From NCBI GenBank assembly GCA_964035545.1, contig OZ037771.1, positions 13,825,133-13,889,132 of the forward strand: a DNA stretch of 64,000 bases. The letters are read 5' to 3'. A program made the position numbers and the translations under genes. Shown here piece after piece: positions 49,544 through 62,800 of this stretch. Origin of the DNA: Bugula neritina (lineage: Eukaryota > Animalia > Bryozoa). Numbering within the stretch: position 1 is the first letter of the stretch; each line of letters opens with the position of its first letter. The notes under the pieces are model-generated. The model was not told the DNA's origin. It saw nothing but the letters and a program-made list of their open reading frames with translations, and did no database searches.

Positions 49544-52500
49544 CTAATCCTGATTAGCATCTTCTAGAGATCGAGCAGAAGTTACATTGTCCGTGTCATT
49601 GACTATTGGAGTAGAGTTGTCTTCTTTCTTAGTATTATAATCAGAATTCTCTGGAATACTCTTTGATGGATCAGCAGACGTACCAGCAGACGTACTAGTA
49701 ACAGGATCAGCAGACGGCTGAGATTCAACAGTGACATTGTCAGTCGGACAGGAAACCTCCTCACCCAGTGAGGAATTGTGGGAATGTTTCGTGAGGTTTC
49801 CACTGCTAAACGTCTGCATATTGCCGAGCAGAGAGTAGACGGGAAGGTCTGGTAAACTGACACTGGAGTTATCTTCTTGAGATGCCAGGTTCAACTTATC
49901 CATCAACTCTGCTAACTTCTTAGCTTTTCTCACCTGCAACATGCAAAAGACTCCCAATTGAGTGGAGAATGTGAAATCACTACTTTGAATATTTACAGTT
50001 GATATAAGAAGCAGCAGTGGTCTAGGGGTTAGAGCGCTGGCTTCATAAAAACAAGGTTAATGATTCGGATACCAGTAAAGGCCATTGGTGATGTTAGGAA
50101 GAGCATCCAGTCATAATTACTCCTGTGTCACATCTGAATAAGTCCTTAGCCCGATTTAAAAAACCTTTTCCATCAGGGTTTCTCACGGGGATAGCGACTA
50201 TAAACTTGTGTGAGTTTTATATTCATAGTTTATTTATTCCAACAGCGAATTACCCACTATAATACTATTATTCAACCTGAACACTGTAACAGCCACTGGA
50301 TTAGAATGATAACATGTGTTTTGTGCTTTTCTAATTTACAACATTTTTATCAGATTTAAATTTGTTGCTTTGTATGCTACATTTACTTAATTCTGATGCA
50401 TTTTACATCTACCTCATTCTAGTGCATCTTACCTCATTCTAGTGTAACTTACCTCATTCTAGTGCATCTTACCTCATTCTAGTGTAACTTACCTCATTCT
50501 AGTGCATCTTACCTCATTCTAGTGTAACTTACCTCATTCTAGTGTAACTTACCTCATTCTGGTGTAACTTACCTCATTCTGGTGTAACTTACCTCATTCC
50601 AGTGTAACTTACCTCATTCCAGTGTAACTTACCTCATTCTGGTGTAACTTACCTCATTCTGGTGTAACTTACCTCATTCTGGTGTAACTTACCTCATTCT
50701 GGTGTAACTTACCTCATTCTAGTGCATCTTACCTCATTCTAGTGTAACTTACCTCATTCTAGTGTAACTTACCTCATTCTGGTGTAACTTACCTCAATCT
50801 AGTGTAACTTACCTCATTTTGATGTATGATGGTGTAGAGATGCTCTGTTAGCTGCTCCTTCAGCTCACTCTTCTTGTGCAAACTTATTTTAGCCTCAATG
50901 AATTCCTTCTCGGCCAACTCATACCTCTTGCTAAAGGCACAAGAGAGAAGATAACTCTATGGTTAGTACTGAAGCAATATAATGATGTATACACTGTTGA
51001 GTACGGTATAATAACTGATGGGTTGTGGAAAGTTTAAGAGAGTTGAAACCCGTTTTAGCTGAAGCAAAGAACTCAAGGCACAACTAAAAGAAATAATAAA
51101 CTTCAAAGTCATTCTTTTCATGAGAATTTCTTCTTGCCAATTCCCTATTAAGCCATGCCGAAACAGTATTCAAACCGTAATAACTCTGCGCACACAACAC
51201 CTGCAGTACAATACTCAGACTACACTTCTCCTCTCCCTACCTGGCGTCAGTGTAGTCCCTGGTGGCTGTCTCTATCCGGTCTCTGATCACACTGACGTCT
51301 GCAGTGAGCATCTGGTCGAGGTGGGACAACTCCTTCTTTATGGCATTCAACTTGTGTGCCTCCACTGTGGCCTGCTTCTGCCTGACAGGGAGATATAACT
51401 CCAAATTGAAAAACAACTTTTAATTAAGGATATAACTTCAAATTGATACCATACTCCGGTAAGCGCAGCAATATAAGATGGCAAACAGGTAGAAAGTTAG
51501 AATGACAAATAAAAGGATAGAAATCCAATCAACTGATCGACTAACAAAACCTAACAGCCTACAAATATCTTTCTAAACTTGATTTCCCTTGTGTTGAACC
51601 AACAGCTAACAACTAACTTATGGACAATCTATATAATCTTTAGCCGTTACCACAGCATCTTCGAACTACTGCGGCAATATAAACCTTTATAACCATGTGA
51701 CAGAAGTGTCAGGGTGAAGCAACTACTTCCTTCTAAATTTAAAATGTTGTCGATTTTTATGAAATCTCATTAAAATCTTCAATTTTCTAGAAGGTACAAT
51801 TTCACTGTTCAAGTATATAGTATAGTATACAGTATAGTATATAGTATACAGTATAGTATATAGTATAGTATAGTATATAGTATAGTATAGTATATAGTAT
51901 AGTATACAGTATAGTATATAGTATAGTATATAGTATAGTATATAGTATAGTATATAGTATAGTATATAGTATAGTATATAGTATAGTATATAGTATAGTA
52001 TATAGTATAGTGTATAGTATATAGTATAGTATATAGTATAGTATATAGTATAGTGTATAGTATAGTATATAGTATAGTATATAGTATAGTATATAGTATA
52101 GTATATAGTATAGTATATAGTATAGTGTATAGTATAGTATAGTATATAGTATAGTATATAGTATAGTATATAGTATAGTATATAGTATAGTATACAGTAT
52201 AGTATATAGTATAGTGTATAGTATAGTATATAGTATAGTATAGTGTATAGTATAGTATATAGTATAGTATAGTATAGTGTATAGTATAGTATAGTATAGT
52301 ATAGTATAGTATATAGTATAGCATATAGTATAGTATATAGTATAGTATAGTATATAGTACAGTATATAGTATAGTATATAGTACAGTATATAGTATACAG
52401 TATAGTATAGTATAGTATAGTATATAGTATAGCATATAGTATAGTATATAGTATACAGTATAGTATATAGTATATAATAACGAACCTCTCAGCCAGAGCC

Positions 52501-55025
52501 TCAGCCAGCATCTTTTTCTTCTTCCTGTTCAACTCTTCCATCATCTTCTGCTGCCGCTGATACTGCTCCAAGTTGGTCAGCTCTCGCGACATTCCGTCAT
52601 CGTCTGTAAGAAGAGTGGCTGGTCTCGTAACCTCTGCTGCCGCGTCACTAGAACTCTCCAAACTGACAGCGCGGTCTGACGGTGGCTCCAGGAGGCTAGA
52701 CAACTCCTCATTCTACATCAAAGTATGGGAATACTATTCTTCATTTCTCTCTACCAATTCACAGTTAAACTGAATGCATGCAAACTCTGTCTGTTATATT
52801 AACTGCTCCATTTAACTAAAATATTCCTTCAACTGTTAATATTGAACTCGAAGCTCTTCTGTTATCTAGAATGTTTATTGCCTCATCAAAAATATTAAAA
52901 CGTACTGATTTTAACTACCAAAGAGACTTAAAATAATACAATAATCACATTTTTCTAAATTGTGGGATAAAAATAACTGAAAAGGTGTTACTACAGCTCT
53001 AAACTTTTGCCTTCATAGAATTCATTCCTCTGATATTCATAACTTTATGTTAGATTCTTAAATCTTATGAAAGAACTGGTGGTAGAAGACCATGGAATAC
53101 CTTGACATGTTCAGTGGAACTCTGGAGAGTGGTTGGGGGATCAGCTGGTTTAGAAAGGAGTGCTTGGGCTGGAACTTCAACCGTATTTTCATCGGCAGAA
53201 GATATCTCTTTTTTCATTGGTTGAACAATTCTTTGTGGGCGTGGTTTTGAAGTTGGCACGGATTTCTTTAGGCCTCGACTTTTCACACCTAAAATATTCA
53301 ATAAATTGAAATATAAAATTGTAAAACTATTTATATTCGTCTATTGCAGTAGGGTAATGACTATAGTGATAATAGCACCAACATTTATTACTTTGATTGG
53401 GATGGGTATAAGATTTACTGACTCAAACATTCTTAGGTTTATATATAACTTTAAGTATAAAAAAGACCCGTATAACACCCATGACAATAAATAGTATCGT
53501 AGGAATGATGATATACGACATACACCTCAACTAAATTTTAATATTATGCTCAGAACTATAACAAAAACTATCATCATTGTTAACATAAACATTAATAAAC
53601 AATATAACAATGAAAATATAATATATAAACCAGTTTGAGTGTGATTTTATGGGTTATTTATACAATCAGTGATGACTGATGAATAAAATTTTGCAATAAT
53701 ATTTCAATATCTGTGCACCTGATTGTTAGTACTAGTTGAGATTCATCATTGTGTATTATTAATAATACTAAGCGTAGGGCCACACGACGCGTTTTACACA
53801 TGCGTGACGTGCGAGAAAACCCGTACCCGTATAGACCTGCCACACACAGCGCGTGTGTTGCGAGTGCAAAAACTTATTAGCTAATGATGTTAGCGTTAAA
53901 CTTTACTGCTTGCCTACAGACGTTTGTTTATAAAACTATGTAATCGGCAAAGTGACTTTAGATATTATAAAAGCGGAAATGCAAATTATATGAAACTGTT
54001 TTAATTCAAGTCGCTAAAAGCTAAAACGTAAACTAAAATTAAAAAAGTGTGCTCGCTAAATGATAATGAGCCAATTAGATCCAACACCCACAGGCTTCTC
54101 GCACTTCATGCTCAGCATGTTAGACGCATGAAAATCCCGCTCACGACGTCCCATTTTTGGGCTAAACGGGTTTTTTCGCACGTCACGAACGTGTAAAACG
54201 CGTCGTGTGGCCCTACGCTAATAGAAGTAATACTAATACTAATAGTTATAGTAATACTAATAGTGTCCCTTCGGCCTTCAGTGAGCCTTCACTATGACAT
54301 TCAGCTTAGCATTGGCAATCACAATGTGAATGACTATCTCTATCACTATCAGATATAGTCACATACTAAAAGTAAATTTAACACTAATACTAATAGCTAA
54401 TAAGTAATAAGTAATAGTTATAATAATAGTAATACTAACTACTAATACTTACTAAATTACTAATAGTAATAGTTATACCAATACTGCTAGTATTAGTATT
54501 ATTATTACTATCACTATTAGTTTTAGTATTACTATTAGTATTACTATAGTATTAGTATAAGATTTAGTATACTTAATCTTCCCATAATGATAGCCTGATG
54601 ATCATAGTCATAAAATTAATCATCTTATTAGAATTAATTAATAATTACAATTAATAATATTAATATTATAACAAGTCCTAGAGTAAGAGGCAGAAACCTA
54701 AAACTAAAACTTTTAGTAAAAGTAAAAGTAAGAGTGGGGCTAGTGTCTGTGCTCTAAGTTGAAGTTCAAGTACTAGTAGTACTGAATAATTTAGTGCAAC
54801 TTACAGTTACAAGACTAGTTCGTAGTACTACTACTAGTACTGTACTAGTAGTAGTAGGCCTACAGGACGTACAGGTACTGGTAGTGGTACCAACTACAAC
54901 TAGTACTACCGTCTACCTGTACATGATGAACAATTCAACCTACCTTCTTTATTTAGTTGAGGTTGAGATACATTTTGTTGCAACTTTTTCAAATCTGCAT
55001 CTGAAAACCCTGCCCAGTTAGACAT
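49544..55025 (-). CDS. GORAB: RAB6-interacting golgin (GORAB/SCYL1BP1), 381 aa
   Basis: Exons 55025-54944 ([15 protein letters not shown]), 53288-53101, 52712-52486 ([22 protein letters not shown]), 51381-51241 ([21 protein letters not shown]), 50930-50813 ([14 protein letters not shown]...[16 protein letters not shown]) and 49933-49544 ([10 protein letters not shown]), all in phase. Confidence 0.93.
50008..50222 (+). mobile_element. tRNA-derived SINE, family A copy
   Basis: AGCAGCAGTGGTCTAGGGGTTAGAGCG head; GGTGATGTTAGGAAGAGCATCCAGTC...TTCCATCAGGG...GACTATAAACTTGTGTGAG body. Confidence 0.75.
50405..50818 (-). repeat. 20-bp minisatellite, 21 copies, spanning the donor of GORAB exon 50930-50813
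   Basis: Minus-strand unit AATGAG|GTAAGTTACAC(T/C)AG; ACCTCA recurs every 20 bp from 50411 to 50811. Confidence 0.97.
51812..52476. repeat. (ATAGT)n / (ATATAGT)n simple repeat in a GORAB intron
   Basis: About 660 bp of TATAG-based units starting about 10 bp inside the donor at 52485. Confidence 0.95.
53772..54218. mobile_element. PIF/Harbinger-type MITE (447 bp) in GORAB intron 1
   Basis: About 53-bp terminal inverted repeats GCGTAGGGCCACACGACGCGTTTTACAC...AAAACCCGT with 3 mismatches; TAA duplicated on both sides (53769-53771 and 54219-54221). Confidence 0.85.
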
Positions 55026-55930
55026 GGTAAATGCTTGAATTATTATTAAAATAAATAACAGACTAAGATTGTTGGCTAACAAATTAAAATAGCACTAACT
55101 AAATTTTTTCATTGCGCATCATCACTTTGAAGTCTGCAATAAGCAACCCAGTGTTGGCTGTGACCGAGTGCAGTAGTTCCGAATTCAAACTTGAGAACTG
55201 TGAACCACTGCACCGAGTCATCCTTAATTCAGCGCTGCCTATAGCAACTTTTTGTCCTAGCCTACAACTTTATTTGTACACTTCCTATTAGGGAAGGTAG
55301 CGAGATCTATCCAACTGTTTGGAATTGCAGATTTTTACAACGTTACGAAGGAATGAAAGACAACTCCTTTTGTATGCTTTAATGTAATGCGTGGTTAGCA
55401 TTGAACTTGCTCAAGTTACCCCATTTTAGCCCTAGTTTATTTCGTGTTATTACTTTTTAGGAGACGACTTAAATGTCACAAAATTATCAGGCAGTTTGCA
55501 GCATCATAGAAATAGGATAACTACATATGGAATAATGTTAAAACTAATGAAGGGCGAGTAAAGAGAATTTAAATAAATGAAGTACTTTTTTTATTAGACA
55601 AATCTGACTTACAACTGATAGAATAAGACTACAAAATAATCTCGAAATTGAAGCATTTTAAATCCTAAAGCGGAGAAAATCAATCATGAAGCTAAAAGAT
55701 GAGGAAAAGAAAATCAAAGAGAAAAAAGAAATAATACATTACAGTTATTATATTTACAAAAATGCAAAACATATTGCAATACTGGTGGAGTAGCAAAGAG
55801 GGTAAAATAAAACAGTCTATACAACCTCTAGATCCGACAGAACTAGAATCTTGCGCAGGAAATCTTTACAATCCCATTACAAGCTCTGACTACTTTACTA
55901 AAATAATAATCGCATATCAACGGGTTCTCG

Positions 55931-58900
55931 TCATCGGGAATTGAGAGAGAACGAGAGTTTAGGTCTCTTTTTATCTTTCTTGTTTAATATCATTGCTTGC
56001 TCAGAGTCCTGTTTCAGTCTTTCTAACCGCTCTCTCGCCTGCCTCTCTTCCAGAACTTTCCGTTGCTCTTCCACCAGCTTCAGCTGCTCCTCATCCTAAC
56101 ACCACACACATAAATAAACTCAACCTCGTGTAAAGAACACAGGCTAATCGTTGGTTTTGGTTTTTGCCAGTAAAACTATCAAAATGCATATCTCGGTCAC
56201 CTTGAACTTAGGAACTGGCAAAGTTAATAACACAGTAGTTGGATTTACTCACCAAACGCAATTTCTGCTCTTCAATTTTACGGTTATTTTCCTCGAGTAT
56301 TTTTTCGAGTTCTTCTCGCTTTTTCTTCTCCTCCTCCTACAAGAGTTTTAAAGACTTCTGAAATCTGCATACGCCATATGCTGAGCCAATATTCAGTTAA
56401 ATTTGGAAATTGAAACATTTACAAATTATATAATGAAACTAACCAAAATACAGTGGACATGCATGAACTACACATTTTATATAATATGTAAGACATAACA
56501 GATGTTATATTTATAAGATAATAATATAACACGCTTACAGAAACACTACTAAGTCTAAGATAAAGGAAAGTAATGAGAGACTATTTCACATTTCACACAC
56601 AGACACATCGACACAGTCGAGAGTAGAGGTCATACCAAGGACCTCAACCGCATCAAATTAATTTCTCCCAAACACGCCAATAGAAACTGCATCAGCAAAA
56701 CTTAACCAAAGAACTTATTGGTTGTGATGGGTTATTCTGAATTAGACAAAACCTACTTGCTGTTGAGGTCTATCAACTGGTGCACCGTGGTGTACTTACC
56801 CCGTCAGCACTAGAAAACACTTGCCTGCGAATGTCGTGTATGCAACAAAATGCGTACAAACACGATTGTGCCTAAGTCAACAATCAAAACACAGGATCAA
56901 GAGAATATGATAGCAGCTAAGGTAAAGTTACGCCGGTCTAACTAACTTATATTTAGACATGATTGGGCGCTGGTCGTACAACAATCTGCGGGCCAGTGGC
57001 ACAGAAATGACGTCACTAAAACAGTAGTTTACAATAGTTAAGTTTATCACAGAGCATTGAAGGATGTTCGAGTTTCAGAATATAGCCAAGTGTGGGGACG
57101 CAATTAATTTATAAAAATTATATTTGCATTCCATTAAAAGTTTAGAATAAAAAGAGATGATTGGAGCACCATGACTCATTATACAGTCATGAAAAACACC
57201 GAGTTACATTAGAATAACCTCAATTGATGGTGCTACATTCATCAACGGTATCGCAGCAAATATGCGATACCGTCAAATGCGGTGCAGAAGGGACAGCAAA
57301 CTTTACCTCTTGTCTTTTCTGTTCTTCAATTCTCTCCTGTTTTTGTTTCTCCAGCTCAATAAGCATCTGCTTCTCCATTTCCTGTTTAGCCTCCTCCACA
57401 CGTCGGGCGACCTCAGCCTCGATTTCATTTTGCCGTCTGCTCAGTTCTTCTTCTACTCGCTGTTTGACTATGGCGTCTACACGCCGCGCCACTTCCTCTT
57501 CAATTAATTTCTCCTCCATTTCTTTTTGTCTTCTACAAACATTCCTTGTTGTTTAGAACTAACCCAGTGAGTAGAACATAACGCAAATTGAGTCTCAATT
57601 GCACAAAATGTCAATTTAAGTAACTCGATTCAATACAGAGTTTTCATGAATCAGTTTTCTATAAAAAAAATTTCGTTTAAAAGTTGCTTTGTTAGAATGG
57701 AAGCCTTACAAACTAAAGCGTATTTTAGATAATATTTGGCATCGTAAATTTGATTCTTTGTGTAAAGTCCTACTTACGTTGAGCTTCATAGAAATAGGGT
57801 TTGGTGAATTTTAATTTTAAACACAAAAAACTATTTTTTTACAACATAGCAATTCAATAAAAATTCCTTGCTGTATTTATTAACTATCTGTTTGTTCAAA
57901 TAAAAAAAACAACCAATCTAAGTTGCAAGCACTTTATTCATGTAAAAATAGGCTATTCAAGCTTAGGCAGACAGGATTTCATAAGAATGGCCATAATAAG
58001 TTGAAATGCTTTGCAAACTGCAGAAATGTATCAAAATTGTGACAACAACAAAATACCAACATGAGTCTGTGTTTTTCCATTTCTGCTGCTTTTTCTTGTT
58101 CTTCTTTAGATGGCATTGGAGCAGCTCCCCTTCTGCTAACATCTCGCCCAAATAGATCTGTGTCACTGTCGGAGCTTATGGATTTTGACCGCTTTTTGCT
58201 ATAATGACATTTAATAAATGGTATGCATACTGTTTACTGTAAGTGTATTAAACTTTGTATTTTGACTATTTGAATTTCTACTCATGATTATTGATAACAA
58301 CAACCATATGCATACTCGCATTCATATTGCATGGTATAATATCGAATTTGGTATTAATATTTATTGTAATCATTTTATCAGTCAATTTTTGGTTTAATTT
58401 TTTATTTTAGTAATAGTCATAGAATTTATTAGCCTATTAGGGTACTGATATTGATATACCTACAGATCATTATTATTATAATTTAAATTATTGCCTACTT
58501 AAAATATAATATAATAAATAGTGAATTTCATATTTAAAATTAATGCACATTCATCCATCGCTCATACTGATAGTCATCATAACAAAATGAAACTAAAAGT
58601 TGTGAAAGTGAAACTTAAGTGTAATAAAATAAAAATGATATATTTTTTCATATTAAATAATAATTATTTATTTATTATTATTAAGTTTAACTAAAATGAA
58701 GTTCAAGCTGATAATGATTGATTAGAATTCTGTCAACTGCGTCTACTCAGCATTATCATTAGTATTACTATTAGTATTAGTATTGTAATTTTAAATTGTC
58801 AACTGTAACTTTTGAGTGTGGAGCCTTACTCAGTTTTTTCAACTTTTCTGTAACGATGACGAGCTGATCTGTCTCTAGATCTTGATCTGTGTCTTTTATG

Positions 58901-58960
58901 TTTGCTTTTATGCCGACTAGCATAAGAACCAGCCGGGCTCCGGCTTCTTGATCTAGGCAT
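55931..58960 (-). CDS. ARGLU1: Arginine- and glutamate-rich protein 1, 247 aa
   Basis: Exons 58960-58830 (MPRSRSRSP...RSRSRDR), 58198-58061 (DLFGR), 57532-57307 ([13 protein letters not shown]...[10 protein letters not shown]), 56336-56253 ([18 protein letters not shown]) and 56095-55931 (...RPKLSFSL), all in phase. Confidence 0.95.
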
Positions 58961-59870
58961 AATTACAACAGCAGTATTGCTAAAAGTATTTGAGAAATCT
59001 AGACTTTGCAGATTGAGCTGATCAAAATCCAAGAGCAGAGCACAGCGGATGTGACCATTATCATTTGTGCGCATTCGCCAGGTCAAGTTGCGTAGTTCTT
59101 TTTGTAGAAAGGACAACTCTCAAAATACTTTGCAATGTGACAATGAACACCAATCCACCAACCACCAGGCATTATTAGACTGTAGAGTTTATTCACAACA
59201 TGTTAGCTAAAATTTGACAGTGTGATGTGATCTAACATGTGTCTAGGTATCTAAGTAACGTGCTATAATGTTTGTTGCAATCTCATATAGAATAGCAATA
59301 ACTAATTCAGTTTGACTATCATGGTATATTTATATTAAGTTCCAATGTATTGTCACGATATAAGCATGTCCCATGTGCCATTATGTTTTAGTTTCATGCA
59401 CCATTTAGCTAAAGAAGAACTCATCACTGATTAGTGAGTTACAATCCATTGTTATAAGATAGACTTTTAACAGCATAATGATTGATATATGTACATTATA
59501 CACACACATATACATAGGTAAGGGCTAAAGTAGTTTCAAGATCCAAGACTACAAGAATGTAAGCCAGTTGCACATAAAAAAATTATAGCACAAATAACTT
59601 TAATCTAAAAAATTCCGAAGAGTTTTACATAAAATATTATACAGGTATATATTACAATATATACACAAAACATACACTGTATATAAAATTTTACATATAT
59701 GTACATGCACAAGTTTCAAAGCATTTGTCTGCTAATTGACAAATAAACACATTAAAAAAGTGAGAAAGTGGGCACACTAATCTTTTGATGAGAGTTGAAA
59801 ATAGTCCAGTAAACAGCAGCTAATGATAAAGCCATCACTGTGAGAAATATGTTGTAGTAAATTTTCCTGG

Positions 59871-62800
59871 TCATGAATTCAACTCAAAGCAGTAGACTTT
59901 GTCATCTCGACACCCAATAATCAGTCTGCTTGCACTCTGTAACACAAGGTCATTGTAAGTTATTTAGTATAGAGAAATGATTAGACAACTCCAAAAGCAT
60001 CAACAATACAAACTTGATACAATACAATAAAATTTTGAATATATCATGCAACGAAAGAACAGACCAATTAGCTAATTTCATTTCAATTTAATAATAAAAA
60101 TAAAATAAGAGAAACAGCTATGGAGTAGAGGTTAGAGTGTTGGTCTAGTAAACACATGGTCAGTGGTTGAGTCCAAACGCCAGCAGTGATGTTAGGAAGA
60201 GTATTCAGTCGTAATTGGTCATGTACCACATATGAATAAGTCCTTAGCCTGCTTTTCATATGGGGTTTCTTATAGGAACAGTGACTATAAACTTGTGTGA
60301 ATTTACAATAGCATAAAACACTTAAATAACATCATATGTCAATTTTAGTTGGAGCAAATTTAGACCAGTGACAAGTTAATATATTACAATATTTACCACA
60401 ATTGGAGAACTAAAAACATCAGCATGGAGTGCAAGAAAGGAAGTGACATCACCAGTGCAGACGTTGACTGAATACAGAGTACCCCGGGTAGATGAAATCA
60501 TCACATGGCTAGAAGTGTTGGTCTACAAACACACAGACATAGTCACATAGTCAGGTTTTTACAAATCAACTTTATATACAGTTACAAAGAAACTAAACTT
60601 GTACTATCGACATGAATATAAATATTTTATGAAGAGGTAAATAATAAAGCGAGCGGATGGAAAAATTGAGTAATTATTTACCAAATGAAGTATTGGAAAG
60701 ACTTAAAATTTGAGTAGATGACTAAGTGAGTGAGTGAGTGAGTGAGTGAGTGAGTGAGTGTGAGAGTGAGTGAGTGAGTGAGTGAGTGAGAGAGTGAGTG
60801 AGTGTGAGAGTGAGAGAGTGAGTGAGTGAGTGAGAGTGAGTGAGTGAGTGAGTGAGTGAGTGAGTGAGTGAGTGAGTGAGTGAGTGAGTGAGTGAGTGAG
60901 TGAGTGAGTGAGTGAGTGAGTGAGTGAGAGAGAGAGTGAGTGAGTGAGTGAGTGAGTGAGCGAGCGAGCGAGCGAGCGAGCGAGTGAGCGAGTGAGTGAG
61001 TGAGAGAGTGAGTGAGTGAGTGAGTGAGTGAGTGAGCGAGCGAGCGAGCGAGCGAGCGAGTGAGTGAGTGAGTGAGAGAGTGAGTGAGTGAGTGAGTGAG
61101 AGAGTGAGTGAGTGAGTGAGTGAGTGAGTGAGCGAGCGAGTGAGTGAGTGAGTGAGTGAGTGAGTGAGCGATTAATTGTGAATCAGTGTTGAACAACTAA
61201 TGAACAGTATAAACAGAAGCTAACTGGATGGTCAGACAACTCTATAAACGACAGACAATTACCTTATATGGAAATGGTGAGCACCCAACCGTAGCATCAC
61301 ACGGAACATTCCAGAGTAAACGGCCCGTATGAATATCCAGACAATATACGTGCTTATCATGACAACCGAATACTAGAGCTCCTTCATCAGATATCAGACA
61401 AGGAGATGAGAAAATGGCACCATCAGCTTTGTATGACCACAATACCTATAAATATATGTTACAGGAGCGATACTGGGAGTGTTTCAGGGGGTATTCCGGA
61501 GTGGGGATGTTACACGGGTGTGATTATTTGCATTATAAGAAATCAGAGAAAATGGAAGTGCAAACCAATATTCGAAAAGCTGAGACAGAATACAGAGCTA
61601 AAAGCGGTTATAGCTACCCTCTGAGAGATCAATCTACAAGACATAAATGTGACTCACCTGTGAAAGGTTGTCAGTTTGTCTGCAGGTACACAGTCCAGTC
61701 ACAGTACAGACAACTACCTTGTCCACTGCTAACAGCGCAGTAGAGAATATAGGAGCACCAAATGAGACTTCCTCTTTCACTGCCCCGGCTGTCTGTGAGG
61801 TTAAAGAGAATCTTGTGGAAGTTTATAGAATATTACAATGGATATCATTATGTAACATCACATTACACTAGAAAACACTACATAACATCATAACGAATTA
61901 TGTAACATCACATAACATTGCTGCATAACATAATGAAAGTAGATAGTTATCCCTCTCAACTAGAATGTATCCTTCAAACTTGATTCTTTCACAGTTTGCT
62001 ATTTAAATCGCTAAGTTTTCAAATAGAATTCTCAAGTTCTACATTCCACACAAGAGACAAAACACTTGACAACGTATTGACCAATCAATGATGAACTTAC
62101 TTTGTCTATCAGATAGCCGGAACCATTCAAAGTAGCTACAAAAATTCCATTTTCAGATATAACGGGTGTAGCATATATAGCCCCTTTCAGTCTCACTTTC
62201 CATAATAGAGAGAATTCAGGCTACAGAGTGTAAATTATACAGAAAAGAACAATAAGAATACCACATTAGAATGGAAGACAGATTAAGATTTCCAAACAGC
62301 ATATGAGAACTAGAATAGTAGCTAAATGACGCTGTAGAATTATGGTTAATATTATAAAGTTGTAACTACACAATAAAGGGTAGTTGGAAACTATAAGTCC
62401 AGTAAGAAAAGTCAGTCAAAATTGATAAACTGAACTTACAAAGCATTACTTTATTTCTCAATTACATCGCAAATTACACATAATATATTCTAGTATTTGA
62501 AATACAAAGTATTAAAACCTAATACAAAGTGCAGAACCAACTCAAACTGATGAGGAATTGTGTTCCCTATATTTCTAGTTGCTATAATGATAATATTTCG
62601 ATAATTTATTATAAAATATATTTTCTCTCCCATAACATAAACCCCTAACTTAAACATAAAAAGATCAGGAAAATTGCAAGTCATTCAAAAAGATTAAACG
62701 TTTAATATTGTAGACACTAAAACTGCCAGCTGTGTTTAACTAAAGTGAAACAAACCAGAGAGAGGCAGTAGAGATGGTGATCATGTGACCCAAAATAGAC

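Noticed and set aside
51723-52485. Tyr/Ile/Leu-rich ORF extensions (326 aa and 208 aa)
   Set aside because: Only 52712-52486 is GORAB exon; the rest is an intronic (ATAGT)n repeat.
60678-61196. HSLT-repeat ORF, and (GTGAGT)n as a donor array
   Set aside because: Simple (TGAG)n microsatellite. The donor-like reading is antisense to AASDH and not anchored on an exon.
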